Assembly (NCBI GenBank): GCA_031370645.1
Contig: JANMQV010000152.1
Coordinates: forward strand, 1 to 64,000
Direction of reading: 5' to 3'
Origin: Candidatus Eiseniibacteriota bacterium
Lineage (GTDB): Bacteria > Eisenbacteria > RBG-16-71-46 > SZUA-252
DNA length: 64,000 bases
A program made the translations under genes and the position numbers. A model generated the notes under the pieces. The model worked only from the letters and a program-made list of their open reading frames with translations. It did not search any database and was not told the DNA's origin. Shown here one piece after another: positions 49,362 through 58,354 of the stretch; position 1 is the first letter of the stretch; each line of letters opens with the position of its first letter.

Positions 49362-51952
49362 ATTCATGGAAGCGCTGGCACGCGATCTTCGGCGCGCTCG
49401 CCTTGGGCGTACCGCTCTTCGTGTTCCTTCGCACGCTCACGGTCACGGTCCCGTTCTGGGATTCGGGCGAGTACATCGCCACATCCCGCATTCTCGGCCT
49501 TCCGCACCCGCCGGGGAACCCGGTCTACACGATGCTCGGGCGCATGCTGACGCTCATCCCCATCGCGAGCATCGCCCAGCGCGTGAACTTCATGAGCGCC
49601 CTCGCGTCGGCGCTGACCTGCTTCTTCACCTATCTTGTCGTGGTCCGCGCGCTTCGCCGCACGTTCGAGGATCGCTTCGAGTCGGGCGCCGCCTGGGTCG
49701 CCTGCTTGGTTGGAGGATTGACGGCCGCGTTCTTCGTCGCGTTCTCCTCGTCGTTCTGGGACAGCGCCATCGAAGCCGAAGTCTATTCGCTCTCCTCGGC
49801 GCTCATCGCCTTTACGATGTGGCTCGCGTTCCGCTGGTGGGACCGCCTCGATCAGCCGGGGAACGACAAACTGCTGATCCTCGTCACGTACATTCTCGGA
49901 GTCTCGACGGGCGTTCACCTCGGCACGATCCTCGTGGCGCCGGGGCTCCTGTTCCTTCTCGCGCTCATCCGTCCGACGATCTTCACGTCGGGCCGTTTCT
50001 GGGCTTCCGCGCTCCTCCTCCTCGGCACCCTCGCGTTTCTCGGGATCACGGAGGCTTCGGGCTGGAGTCCGCCGCTTCTGGTGCTCATCCTCCTCATCGG
50101 GGGTCTCGCCGCCTTTCTCATCTCGCGACGCGACCGGCTGGTGCGCGACAACCTGGCCACCTGGTGGGCGCTCGCGGTGCTGGTCGGATTTTCGGTGCAG
50201 CTCTTCCTTCTCATCCGTAGCCAGCAGATGCCGGCCATCAACGAGGGAAGCCCCTCCACGTTCGAGGCCTGGAAGGACTATCTCCTCCGGAAGCAGTACG
50301 GTCCGTCGAATCCGTTCGATCGCCGCGCCGACCTCTGGTTCCAGATCACGCACATGTACTTCCGCTACGTCGGGGAGCAGTGGAAGATCATCAACAAGAT
50401 CGGCTCCCTGGACATCCAATCGTTCTGGGTTCGCCTCGTGAACATGCTTCCCTTCGCTCTCGCGTTCCTCGGGGCGTGGTGGAACGCCCAGCGCGACAAG
50501 AAGACCTTCTGGTTCTTCGTCGCGCAAAACGTCATCATGGCGCCCTTCCTGATTTTCTATCTCAATTTCACCGACCACGAGGTGCGGGAGCGCGACTACT
50601 TCTTCACCAACTCCTACCACTTCATCGCCATCTGGATCGGAATGGGGGCCGCCGCGCTCCTCCATTCGGTCGTGGAGGCGATCGCGCCGGCGGGAGCGAG
50701 GGCCGCGCCGCCGCCGCGCCCGGCCGCCGCCCTGGCGGAAGGGGCGGGGAGTTCGGAGCCGGGGCCGCTTCCGGCCGCGCCGGCTGCCGCCTGGATCGTC
50801 GGCATCGCGCTCATCGGCTTCTCGGCGCTGCCGGCTCGCGCCGGATGGTTCGAGCACGACCGGTCGAATTTCTGGATCGCGCAGAACTACGCCTACAACA
50901 TGCTCGCCCCGCTCGCGCCGAACTCGATCGTCATGACGAATGGCGACAACGACACCTTCCCGCTCTGGTACATCCAGGAGGTGGAAGGATTCCGGAAAGA
51001 CATCCGAGTCGTGAACATGAGCCTCCTGAACACGCCCTGGTACATCCTCCAGTTGAAGAATCTCGAGCCGAAGGTCCCCTTCAGTTACACCGACGCGGAG
51101 ATCGAGAAGCTCTACCCCTACCTCGACGAAAAATCGGGGCAGGTCGTCTGGGTGAAGGACCTCGCCGTGAAGAACATGATGGCGGCGAACGCCTGGAATA
51201 AGCCCGTCTACTTGGCCGTCACCGTTCCCGATCAGATGGGGATGGACAAGCAACTGACGCTCGAGGGGCTGGTCTATCGGATCTCCCCCCAGCCCGTCAC
51301 GAACGAGATCGATCTCAACCGGACCATGAAGAACCTCTACGAGGTCTTCAGATATCGCGGGCTCCTTGACGCGAATCGGAATTTCGACAAGGCGGTGTAT
51401 AAGGACGATAACGCGATGCGCCTGGTGCAGAACTATTCGGCGGCGCACGTCCAGGTGGCCTATCAGCTCCAGTCGCAGCAGCGCCCGGCGGAGGCGATCA
51501 AGGTTCTCGAGGACGCGCGGAAGATCTCTCCCGACTTCCCGGGTCTGCTCGAATATCTGGGCCGTCTCTACGACCAGACCGGGAATCCAGCGAAGGCGGA
51601 GGCGTACTACCGCGAGGGCCTGGAGCGATTCCCGAGTTCGCCCGAGTTCTACTTCCATCTCGGCACGCTCGCCTACCGGCAAGGCAAAGTCGACGAGGCC
51701 GTGCAACTCCTCCGCCGCGCGACCGAGCTGAGCCAGCAATACTTCGATTGGTACAGCGCGCTCTTCACGGTCCTCTGGCAGACGGGGCAGAAGGCGGAAG
51801 CGATCGATGTCCTCCGCAACTGGCTCCGCGCCCATCCCGAGGATCAGCAGACGTCGGAGGAGATCAAGCGCTTCGAGGATTCGCTCCGGACCGCTCCGCC
51901 GGGATTGCAGGACAAGTTGCGAACCTCCGGCTCGCGGGCCTTGGTTCGTTGA
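49358..51952 (+). CDS. DUF2723 (TMEM260-like GT-C) membrane protein with C-terminal TPRs
   Basis: TVPFWDSGEYIA, LPHPPGNP, EAEVYSLS, GVHL, RERDYFF, NGDNDTFPLWY.QEVEG.R.D, TPR tail. Confidence 0.88.
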   Translation: MNSWKRWHAIFGALALGVPLFVFLRTLTVTVPFWDSGEYIATSRILGLPHPPGNPVYTMLGRMLTLIPIASIAQRVNFMSALASALTCFFTYLVVVRALRRTFEDRFESGAAWVACLVGGLTAAFFVAFSSSFWDSAIEAEVYSLSSALIAFTMWLAFRWWDRLDQPGNDKLLILVTYILGVSTGVHLGTILVAPGLLFLLALIRPTIFTSGRFWASALLLLGTLAFLGITEASGWSPPLLVLILLIGGLAAFLISRRDRLVRDNLATWWALAVLVGFSVQLFLLIRSQQMPAINEGSPSTFEAWKDYLLRKQYGPSNPFDRRADLWFQITHMYFRYVGEQWKIINKIGSLDIQSFWVRLVNMLPFALAFLGAWWNAQRDKKTFWFFVAQNVIMAPFLIFYLNFTDHEVRERDYFFTNSYHFIAIWIGMGAAALLHSVVEAIAPAGARAAPPPRPAAALAEGAGSSEPGPLPAAPAAAWIVGIALIGFSALPARAGWFEHDRSNFWIAQNYAYNMLAPLAPNSIVMTNGDNDTFPLWYIQEVEGFRKDIRVVNMSLLNTPWYILQLKNLEPKVPFSYTDAEIEKLYPYLDEKSGQVVWVKDLAVKNMMAANAWNKPVYLAVTVPDQMGMDKQLTLEGLVYRISPQPVTNEIDLNRTMKNLYEVFRYRGLLDANRNFDKAVYKDDNAMRLVQNYSAAHVQVAYQLQSQQRPAEAIKVLEDARKISPDFPGLLEYLGRLYDQTGNPAKAEAYYREGLERFPSSPEFYFHLGTLAYRQGKVDEAVQLLRRATELSQQYFDWYSALFTVLWQTGQKAEAIDVLRNWLRAHPEDQQTSEEIKRFEDSLRTAPPGLQDKLRTSGSRALVR

Positions 51953-51959
51953 GAGGCCG

Positions 51960-52913
51960 ATGCGCGCGCTCGTGACGGGGGCGGCTGGATTCATCGGTTC
52001 GAGCCTCGTCGACGCCCTGCTCGAATCGGGGGTGGAGGTGATCGGCTTCGATGCGTTCACCGGCAATTACGATGCGACGCGGAAACGGGCGAATCTGGAA
52101 GGCGCGCTCGGCCGGCGCGGATTCCGGCTCGTGGAGGGGGATCTCCGCCACGCCTCGCTGGCTCCGCTCCTCGAGGGGACGACGCACGTTGTCCATCTCG
52201 CGGCGCTTCCCGGCGTGCGCGCCAGCTGGGGCGAAGCGTTTCGCGACTACGCCGAACACAACGTGGTCGGCACGCAGCGGCTCTTGGAGGCGGTGCGGGC
52301 GTCGGGCCGCGTGGAGCGGCTCGTGGCCGCGTCGAGCAGCAGCGTCTATGGCATGCCGCGGCGCTTTCCCACACCGGAGGATGAACCGCCGCGTCCGCTC
52401 TCGCCCTACGGCGTGACCAAGGTGGCGACCGAGTCCCTTCTGCAATCGTATCGGGCCTCGTTCGGCGTGCCGGCGGTGGCCCTTCGTTATTTCACGGTGT
52501 ACGGACCGCGCCAGCGCCCCGACATGGGGATCCATCGCTTCTTCGAGGCGGCTCGGGCGGGGAAGCCGGTCACCCTGTTCGGAGACGGAAAGCAGACCCG
52601 CGACTTCACGTTCGTGGAGGACGCCGTTCGCGCGACGGTGGCGGCCATGACGCGGCCCGCCCCCGAACCGGCGTACAATGTCGGCGGTGGGCATCGCGTC
52701 TCGCTCGGCGACCTCCTCGACTCGATCGCGGGCGTCGCCGGCAAGCCGGTCGCGCGCCGCCATGTGGAGGCGCAAGCGGGCGATCCGCGCGATACGTCGG
52801 CCGACACGACGCTCGCGAGGCGCGATCTCGGTTACGCGCCTGCGACGGCGCTCCTCGACGGACTCCGGAGGCAATGGGAATGGCAGCGGAACTTGGCGGC
52901 GGCGCCGGCGTGA
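51960..52913 (+). CDS. NAD-dependent nucleotide-sugar epimerase/dehydratase (UDP-glucuronate 4-epimerase-like)
   Basis: TGAAGFIG, HLAALPGVR, ASSSSVYG, YGVTK, YFTVYGPRQRPDM. Confidence 0.9.
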   Translation: MRALVTGAAGFIGSSLVDALLESGVEVIGFDAFTGNYDATRKRANLEGALGRRGFRLVEGDLRHASLAPLLEGTTHVVHLAALPGVRASWGEAFRDYAEHNVVGTQRLLEAVRASGRVERLVAASSSSVYGMPRRFPTPEDEPPRPLSPYGVTKVATESLLQSYRASFGVPAVALRYFTVYGPRQRPDMGIHRFFEAARAGKPVTLFGDGKQTRDFTFVEDAVRATVAAMTRPAPEPAYNVGGGHRVSLGDLLDSIAGVAGKPVARRHVEAQAGDPRDTSADTTLARRDLGYAPATALLDGLRRQWEWQRNLAAAPA

Positions 52914-53845
52914 GCGCTCCCCCGGTCGATCTCACGGTGCTCATCCCCGCCTATAACGAGGCGGAGAACATCCGCCCGCTCCTCGAGAAGCTGGTGAAGG
53001 ACGTCGCACCGCTCGGCCTGTCGACGGAGATCATCGTCCTCGACGACGGCTCGACCGACGGCACGCTCGACGCGGTACGCGCGCTTCGCGGCATGATCCC
53101 GGGGCTCCACGTGATTTCGTTCCGCCGCAATTTCGGCAAGTCGGCCGCTCTCTCCATCGGCTTTCGAGAGGCACAGGGGCGCTTCGTCGTCACGATGGAC
53201 GCCGATCTCCAGGACGATTCGGCGGAGATCGGGCCGCTTCTTCGAAAGATCGACGAGGGATTCGATCTCGTCTCCGGTTGGAAGCAGAAGCGGAAGGACC
53301 CGATCATGAAGACGGTGCCTTCGAAACTCTTCAACGGCGTCACCGCGCGGATGACCGGCGTCTCGCTCCACGACATGAACTGCGGGCTCAAGGCCTATCG
53401 CGCCGACGTGGTGAAGACCGTGAAGCTCCGGGGCGAACTCCACCGCTTCATTCCGGTCCTCGCGCACTGGAACGGATTTCGAGTCTCCGAGATTCGGACC
53501 GTCCACCATCCGCGCCTTCATGGCACGACGAAATTCGGCGCGTCGCGCTTCCTGAACGGATTCCTCGATCTCCTCGCCGTCATGTTCATGACGACCCAGA
53601 GCACGCGGCCGCTCCATCTCTTCGGACGGCTCGGCATCCTTGTCGCCTTCGTGGGAGGGTGCGCCACGCTCTGGGCCTCCTGGCCCTGGTTCCTGGGAGA
53701 GGGGCTTCGCCTCCGGCCGATGCTCGTCTTCGGGCTCGTCCTCATCGTGCTCGGCATCCAATTCCTCTCCCTCGGCTTCCTCGGCGAATTGATCGCCGGG
53801 ACGCGCGCCGCGGATCCCGACTACCCGGTTCGGGAGCGCTTCTAG
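52910..53845 (+). CDS. GT2 polyprenyl-phosphate glycosyltransferase (ArnC/GtrB-like)
   Basis: IPAYNE, DDGSTD, RRNFGKSAAL, MDADLQD, DMNCGLKAY, GELHRFIP, two C-terminal TMs. Confidence 0.9.
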   Translation: MSAPPVDLTVLIPAYNEAENIRPLLEKLVKDVAPLGLSTEIIVLDDGSTDGTLDAVRALRGMIPGLHVISFRRNFGKSAALSIGFREAQGRFVVTMDADLQDDSAEIGPLLRKIDEGFDLVSGWKQKRKDPIMKTVPSKLFNGVTARMTGVSLHDMNCGLKAYRADVVKTVKLRGELHRFIPVLAHWNGFRVSEIRTVHHPRLHGTTKFGASRFLNGFLDLLAVMFMTTQSTRPLHLFGRLGILVAFVGGCATLWASWPWFLGEGLRLRPMLVFGLVLIVLGIQFLSLGFLGELIAGTRAADPDYPVRERF

Positions 53846-53894
53846 CGCTTCGGCGCCCGCGCATGGCGTCGGCCCTCGCCCTCCGATGGCGCCC

Positions 53895-55043
53895 ATGAAG
53901 GTGGCGCTCCTCGGACCGACCTATCCGCACCGCGGCGGGATCGCGCACTACACGACACTCCTCTCCCGCGCGTTCGCCGAACGGATCGGCGCCGACTCGC
54001 TTTCGATGGTTTCCTTCAGCCGGCTCTATCCGGGGCTCCTCTTTCCGGGCACCACGCAGTTCGATGAGAGCGGCGAGGCGCTGAGGCCCCCGGTCGAGCC
54101 GGCGGCGATGCTCGACAGCATCGCGCCGCACACCTGGTTCGCGGCGGGAAAGCGGCTGCGCGAGGCGAAGGCCGATCTCCTGGTCGTTCCGTGGTGGCAT
54201 CCCTTCTTCGGTCCTTCGCTCGGCGTGGCCGCTCGCGCCGCCCGGCCGCGCGGCGCGGCGGGACCGAAGCGCGTCTTCCTCTGCCACAACGTGGAGCCGC
54301 ACGAAGCGACACCGCTCGATCGCGCCCTCTCCGCCTATGGACTCGGCGCGGCCGACGGCTTCCTCGTGCACGCGAGGGCTGAGGAGGCGCGGCTCAAGCG
54401 TCGCGCCGACGGGCGACCGATCCGCGTCCATCCTCATCCGACCTACGAAGTCTTCAGCCGCACCCCGCCCAGCCGCGACGCCGCTCGCGCGACGGTCGGC
54501 GCGCGCGGGAAGACGATCCTCTTCTTCGGTTACGTCCGGACCTACAAGGGACTCGCCGATCTCCTCGAGGCGCTTCGCCTCGCGCGACCCGATGCCTGGG
54601 ATACGCTGCTCGTCGTCGGGGAGTTTTATGAATCGCGCGACCGTTATGCGACCGCGCTGGACGATCCGGCGCTCCGGGGGAAGGTGACGGTCGTCGATCG
54701 CTACGTGGCGAACGAGGAAGTCGCGACCTACTTCGCCGCGGCGGATGTCGTGGCGCTTCCGTACCGCTCCGCCACCGGTTCGGGAATCGCGCAGGTCGCT
54801 TACGGTGCCGGCGTGCCGGTGATCGCGACGAGGACGGGTGGATTGGAGGAGGTGGTGGAAGAGGGGAGGACGGGGCTCCTCGTGCCGGCGGAGGATCCCG
54901 CGTCGTTCGCCCGCGCCGTGGAGCGCTACTTCGACGGCAACCTCGCCGCGCCGCTCCGCGAAGGAGTGGCGCTCGCGAGGGAACGCTACAGCTGGGGCGC
55001 GCTCGTCGAGGCGTTGCTCGATCTGGCGCGGGAGTGTCGGTGA
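53895..55043 (+). CDS. Glycosyltransferase family 4
   Basis: GPTYPHRGGIAHY, FFGYVRTYKG, LPYRSATGSG. Alternative ATG at 53886. Confidence 0.88.
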   Translation: MKVALLGPTYPHRGGIAHYTTLLSRAFAERIGADSLSMVSFSRLYPGLLFPGTTQFDESGEALRPPVEPAAMLDSIAPHTWFAAGKRLREAKADLLVVPWWHPFFGPSLGVAARAARPRGAAGPKRVFLCHNVEPHEATPLDRALSAYGLGAADGFLVHARAEEARLKRRADGRPIRVHPHPTYEVFSRTPPSRDAARATVGARGKTILFFGYVRTYKGLADLLEALRLARPDAWDTLLVVGEFYESRDRYATALDDPALRGKVTVVDRYVANEEVATYFAAADVVALPYRSATGSGIAQVAYGAGVPVIATRTGGLEEVVEEGRTGLLVPAEDPASFARAVERYFDGNLAAPLREGVALARERYSWGALVEALLDLARECR

Positions 55044-56016
55044 ACGCTCCCGGTGCCATCCGACGCGCCACGCCGGCGACTCCCGTGTGGGCCGTCGTGC
55101 TCGCGTTCAATCAATTCGACTACACGCGCGAGTGCCTCCGAGCGCTTCGAGCGCTCGATCCCGCGCCCGATCACGTGCTCCTCGTGGACAGCGGATCGAG
55201 CGACGGCACGCCCGCGCGCGCGCGGGCCGAATTCCCCGAAGTGGAGGTGCTCGCGCTCGGGGAGAATCGCTGGTTTGCGGGAGGGGTGAACGCGGGGTTC
55301 GAGCGGGCCCTACCGGCGGGGCCGCATCGGTGCTTCTTCTCAACAACGATCTCGTCCTCGAGCGAGGGGCGCTGGGAATTCTTCGTGCCGCGCTCGAAGC
55401 GGACGGATCGCGCGGTGCGGTGAGCCCGAAGCTCTTCACCTTCGACCCACCCGACCGGATCTGGTTCGCCGGCGGTGTCGTGACGCGCGGATTCGGCCTC
55501 GTTCGCCATCGCGGCGTGAATCGGAAGGACGACGCGTTCCGCGACCGGGCGCTCGCCATCGATTACGTTTCGGGAGCGGCCGTGCTCCTGAGCCGCGAGG
55601 CGCTCGAGCGCGTGGGACTCCTCGACACCGATTACGTGATCTACGTGGAGGACGTCGACTGGTCGGCGCGCGCGCGTCAAGCGGGATTCACGCTCTGGTA
55701 CGAACCGGAAGCGAGGGGGTGGCACCACGTCTCGGTGACGAGCGGGGGGGGGCTCACGCCGCTGAAGGCCTATTTCCGACTCCGCAGCGGCGCGCTTTAC
55801 CTCTCGCGCCACGAGCCCCGCGCCTCGCGGCCGCTCGCGTGGCTCGCCTACGGCGCCTGGACCGCGTGGCTCCTCATCGGGACGGCGTGGCGCCGCGATT
55901 TCGAATCGGCCGGCGCGCTTCTTCTCGGCTTCGTCGACTTCACGCGCGTCCTTCTGGGCGGCCAAGCGCCCGTTCGTAAGCCCGAAGCGTTCGCTCGGCG
56001 AGCGCGTCGAGGCTAA
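55040..56016 (+). pseudogene. GT2 glycosyltransferase with a frameshift near 55313 (real or assembly error)
   Basis: The N-half (VLAFN, VDSGSSDG, N.WFAGGVNAG) is in one frame. The C-half (LLLNND, SGAAVLL, YVEDVDW, WHH) continues in another. Confidence 0.85.
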
Positions 56017-57082
56017 AGCGGGCCGCGCGCTCCCGTCCGCGGGCCGCCATGGCGCGAAGCGGCTCGGGATCGGCCGCGGCGCGCCGTAGCGCTTCGGCGA
56101 GCGCCTTCGCGTCTCCGGCCGGAACCACGACGGCGTCCTCTCCCACCACTTCCGGCAGCGCGCCGCCGTCCGTCGTGACGCAGGGCGTCCCCGCCGCAAG
56201 CGCCAGAAGCGGCGGGATGCCGAACCCCTCGTACCGCGACGGATAGACAAAGAGCGCCGCCCCCCCGAAGAGCGCGGCCAAGTCGGCGTCGGGAACATAA
56301 CCGGGGAAGATCGCGTTCACTCGAAGCGCCGCCGCCATCGCTTCGCACGCTTGCCGATGTTCGTTTCGGCTTCCAGCCAGGACGAGCACGGGGCTCGTCC
56401 CGCCGGGGAACGCCGCGGCCATCGCCGCGAGAAGGGTGAAGAGTCCCTTTCGCGGATCGAATCCCCCCACGTAGAGCCAATAGGGATCTCCGAACGCGCG
56501 GCGGTTTTCGGTGAGGCGCGCCGGCGCGGCCGGCACGAACCATCGAGGAACGGCGCACGGGACGACCTCCACGCGGGGTGCGGCGTCGGGAATCTTGGCG
56601 GCGATGTCGCGGCGGCTCGCTTCGCTCAGCGTGACGATGGCGGCCGCCCGACGCGCGGAGGAACGAATGGCGCTTCGGTAGAGGGCCCGGTGGAGCCAAG
56701 CGGGCTTCGGCCACGGCACTTCCCGAGGAAGCCGCCAGGGAATGAGATCGTGGAGCGAAAGGACGCTCGGCATCGGGAGGCCCGCCGGCACGCCATGATT
56801 CCACGTCGCGTGAAAGAGATCGGGGCGAGGGTCGAGGGAGGAGAGGAGCCGCGGCAGGACTCCCCGCTCCCAGCGGATCCGCTGGCCGGGGGAACCGGCC
56901 GTGATGACCGGGATGGAGGCCGGGACGCGCCCGGCCGGGACCGGACGATCGGAAACCCCGACGTAGGAAACGCCGAGGCGGGGTACTTCTTCCAGTAGCT
57001 GAGCGACCAAGAGGCCGACGCCGCCCCCGGAATCGAGGGCCAGCGGCCTCAGGTCGATGGCGACGCGGAGGGAGACGCTCAC
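55940..57082 (-). CDS. Glycosyltransferase family 4 (WbaZ/MtfB-like)
   Basis: LHDLIP, YVGGFDPRKG, GYVPDADL, YPSRYEGFGIP. Its 3' end overlaps the convergent GT2 by 77 nt. Confidence 0.88.
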   Translation of the reverse strand: MSVSLRVAIDLRPLALDSGGGVGLLVAQLLEEVPRLGVSYVGVSDRPVPAGRVPASIPVITAGSPGQRIRWERGVLPRLLSSLDPRPDLFHATWNHGVPAGLPMPSVLSLHDLIPWRLPREVPWPKPAWLHRALYRSAIRSSARRAAAIVTLSEASRRDIAAKIPDAAPRVEVVPCAVPRWFVPAAPARLTENRRAFGDPYWLYVGGFDPRKGLFTLLAAMAAAFPGGTSPVLVLAGSRNEHRQACEAMAAALRVNAIFPGYVPDADLAALFGGAALFVYPSRYEGFGIPPLLALAAGTPCVTTDGGALPEVVGEDAVVVPAGDAKALAEALRRAAADPEPLRAMAARGRERAARFSLDALAERTLRAYERALGRPEGRA

Positions 57083-57088
57083 AGCGCC

Positions 57089-57174
57089 ACGCTACGGGAG
57101 GAGGGGTGCCAGGTCAACCGATGCCGTTCGGCGCATCCGCCGCCTTGACTTCACCTTGCGCCGACCGGTAGCCT
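57089..57174. promoter_or_regulatory. Back-to-back promoters: - TTGACC-N17-TAGCGT (57117-57089) and + TTGACT-N18-TAGCCT (57145-57174)
   Basis: Both -10 elements lie 7-11 nt from GTG start codons that lack an SD. Confidence 0.7.
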
Positions 57175-57184
57175 GAGAGCGTGC

Positions 57185-58354
57185 GTGATTGCGGAGGCGG
57201 CCGTGCGTCCCACGTGGGATGTCGTATGGGTGAGTGACATCCCGTGGTCGGCCCTCTGGCAACGGCCGCAGCAGTTGGCGACCCGCTTCCCCGAGGACGT
57301 CCGGATCCTATTCGTCGAGCCATGGACGCTCGGCGCGCCCCCTGCATGGTCTCCCGAGGAAGTGGCGCCGCGGATCGCGCGGATTTCATTCCCGTTTCTG
57401 CCGCTCCATGCCCGGGATCTCCGGCTTCGCCGCTTGGCGTATCGCCTCGGCTCGTCGGCTCCCGCCACCTCGATGCTCTTCGCCGCGCAGCGACTCTGGG
57501 CGAGGCGTTGGCGCGGCTTCGGCCGGCAGGGCGCCCGTCGCCTCGTGCTGGCACAGAATTTCATGGCCACGCCGTTCCTCGAAGCGTGGCGTCCCGATCG
57601 GATCGTCTACGACATGATCGACGCGCCCCTTCACTTCGCTCCGGTGCCGCCGCGGCTCGTGCCGCAGTGGCAAGCGCTGCTCTCCCGCGCCGATCGGGTG
57701 ATCGTCACGTCGGAGGCATTGGTGTCGCTCGCGAAGTCGGGAGGTGCGACGGCGCCGGCCTTGATCGGGAACGGCGTCGAGGCGGACCGATTCGATCCTA
57801 ACCGCGTGACGCCGGCCGTGCTCCCTGGGAATCCCGAAGCGCCGGCGTTCGGATATGTTGGCTCGCTACATTCGTGGTTCGATCTCGAGTTGGTGGCGGC
57901 GCTCGCCGAAGCGATGCCCGAATCGCGCGTGGTGCTGGTCGGCCCCGCGCCCCCCGAGACGGCCGCGGCGTTGGAGCGGCTGATGACCTCTCGGCCGAAT
58001 CTTCATTGGATGGGACCGCGGCCCTACGTGGAAGTGCCCGCGCTCGTTCGGGCCTTCCGCGTCGGCCTCATCCCGTTTCGCCGCACCCCGCTCACGGAGG
58101 CGGTGAATCCCGTGAAGCTCTACGAGTACGCCGCGGCAGGCGTTCCGACGGTGACAACTCGATTCAGTGACGAAGTCGAGGGTTGGAGCGACGCGGCGCG
58201 CGTGGCCGACGGCCCCGAAGCATTTCTCAGCGCGTGCCGGGACGCGGCGGCCGCACCGCCCGATGTCGCGTCGCTTCGCGCGTTCGCGAGGCGGCACGAT
58301 TGGGAGGCCATTGCCGCGCGGTTCGTCGCGGCCAGTCTGGAGGAGGCGGCGTGA
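57185..58354 (+). CDS. GT-B glycosyltransferase (TuaH-like)
   Basis: W..LWQRPQQLA, IVYDMID, NGVE, GYVGSL..WFD, NPVKLYEYAAAG. Confidence 0.85.
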   Translation: MIAEAAVRPTWDVVWVSDIPWSALWQRPQQLATRFPEDVRILFVEPWTLGAPPAWSPEEVAPRIARISFPFLPLHARDLRLRRLAYRLGSSAPATSMLFAAQRLWARRWRGFGRQGARRLVLAQNFMATPFLEAWRPDRIVYDMIDAPLHFAPVPPRLVPQWQALLSRADRVIVTSEALVSLAKSGGATAPALIGNGVEADRFDPNRVTPAVLPGNPEAPAFGYVGSLHSWFDLELVAALAEAMPESRVVLVGPAPPETAAALERLMTSRPNLHWMGPRPYVEVPALVRAFRVGLIPFRRTPLTEAVNPVKLYEYAAAGVPTVTTRFSDEVEGWSDAARVADGPEAFLSACRDAAAAPPDVASLRAFARRHDWEAIAARFVAASLEEAA

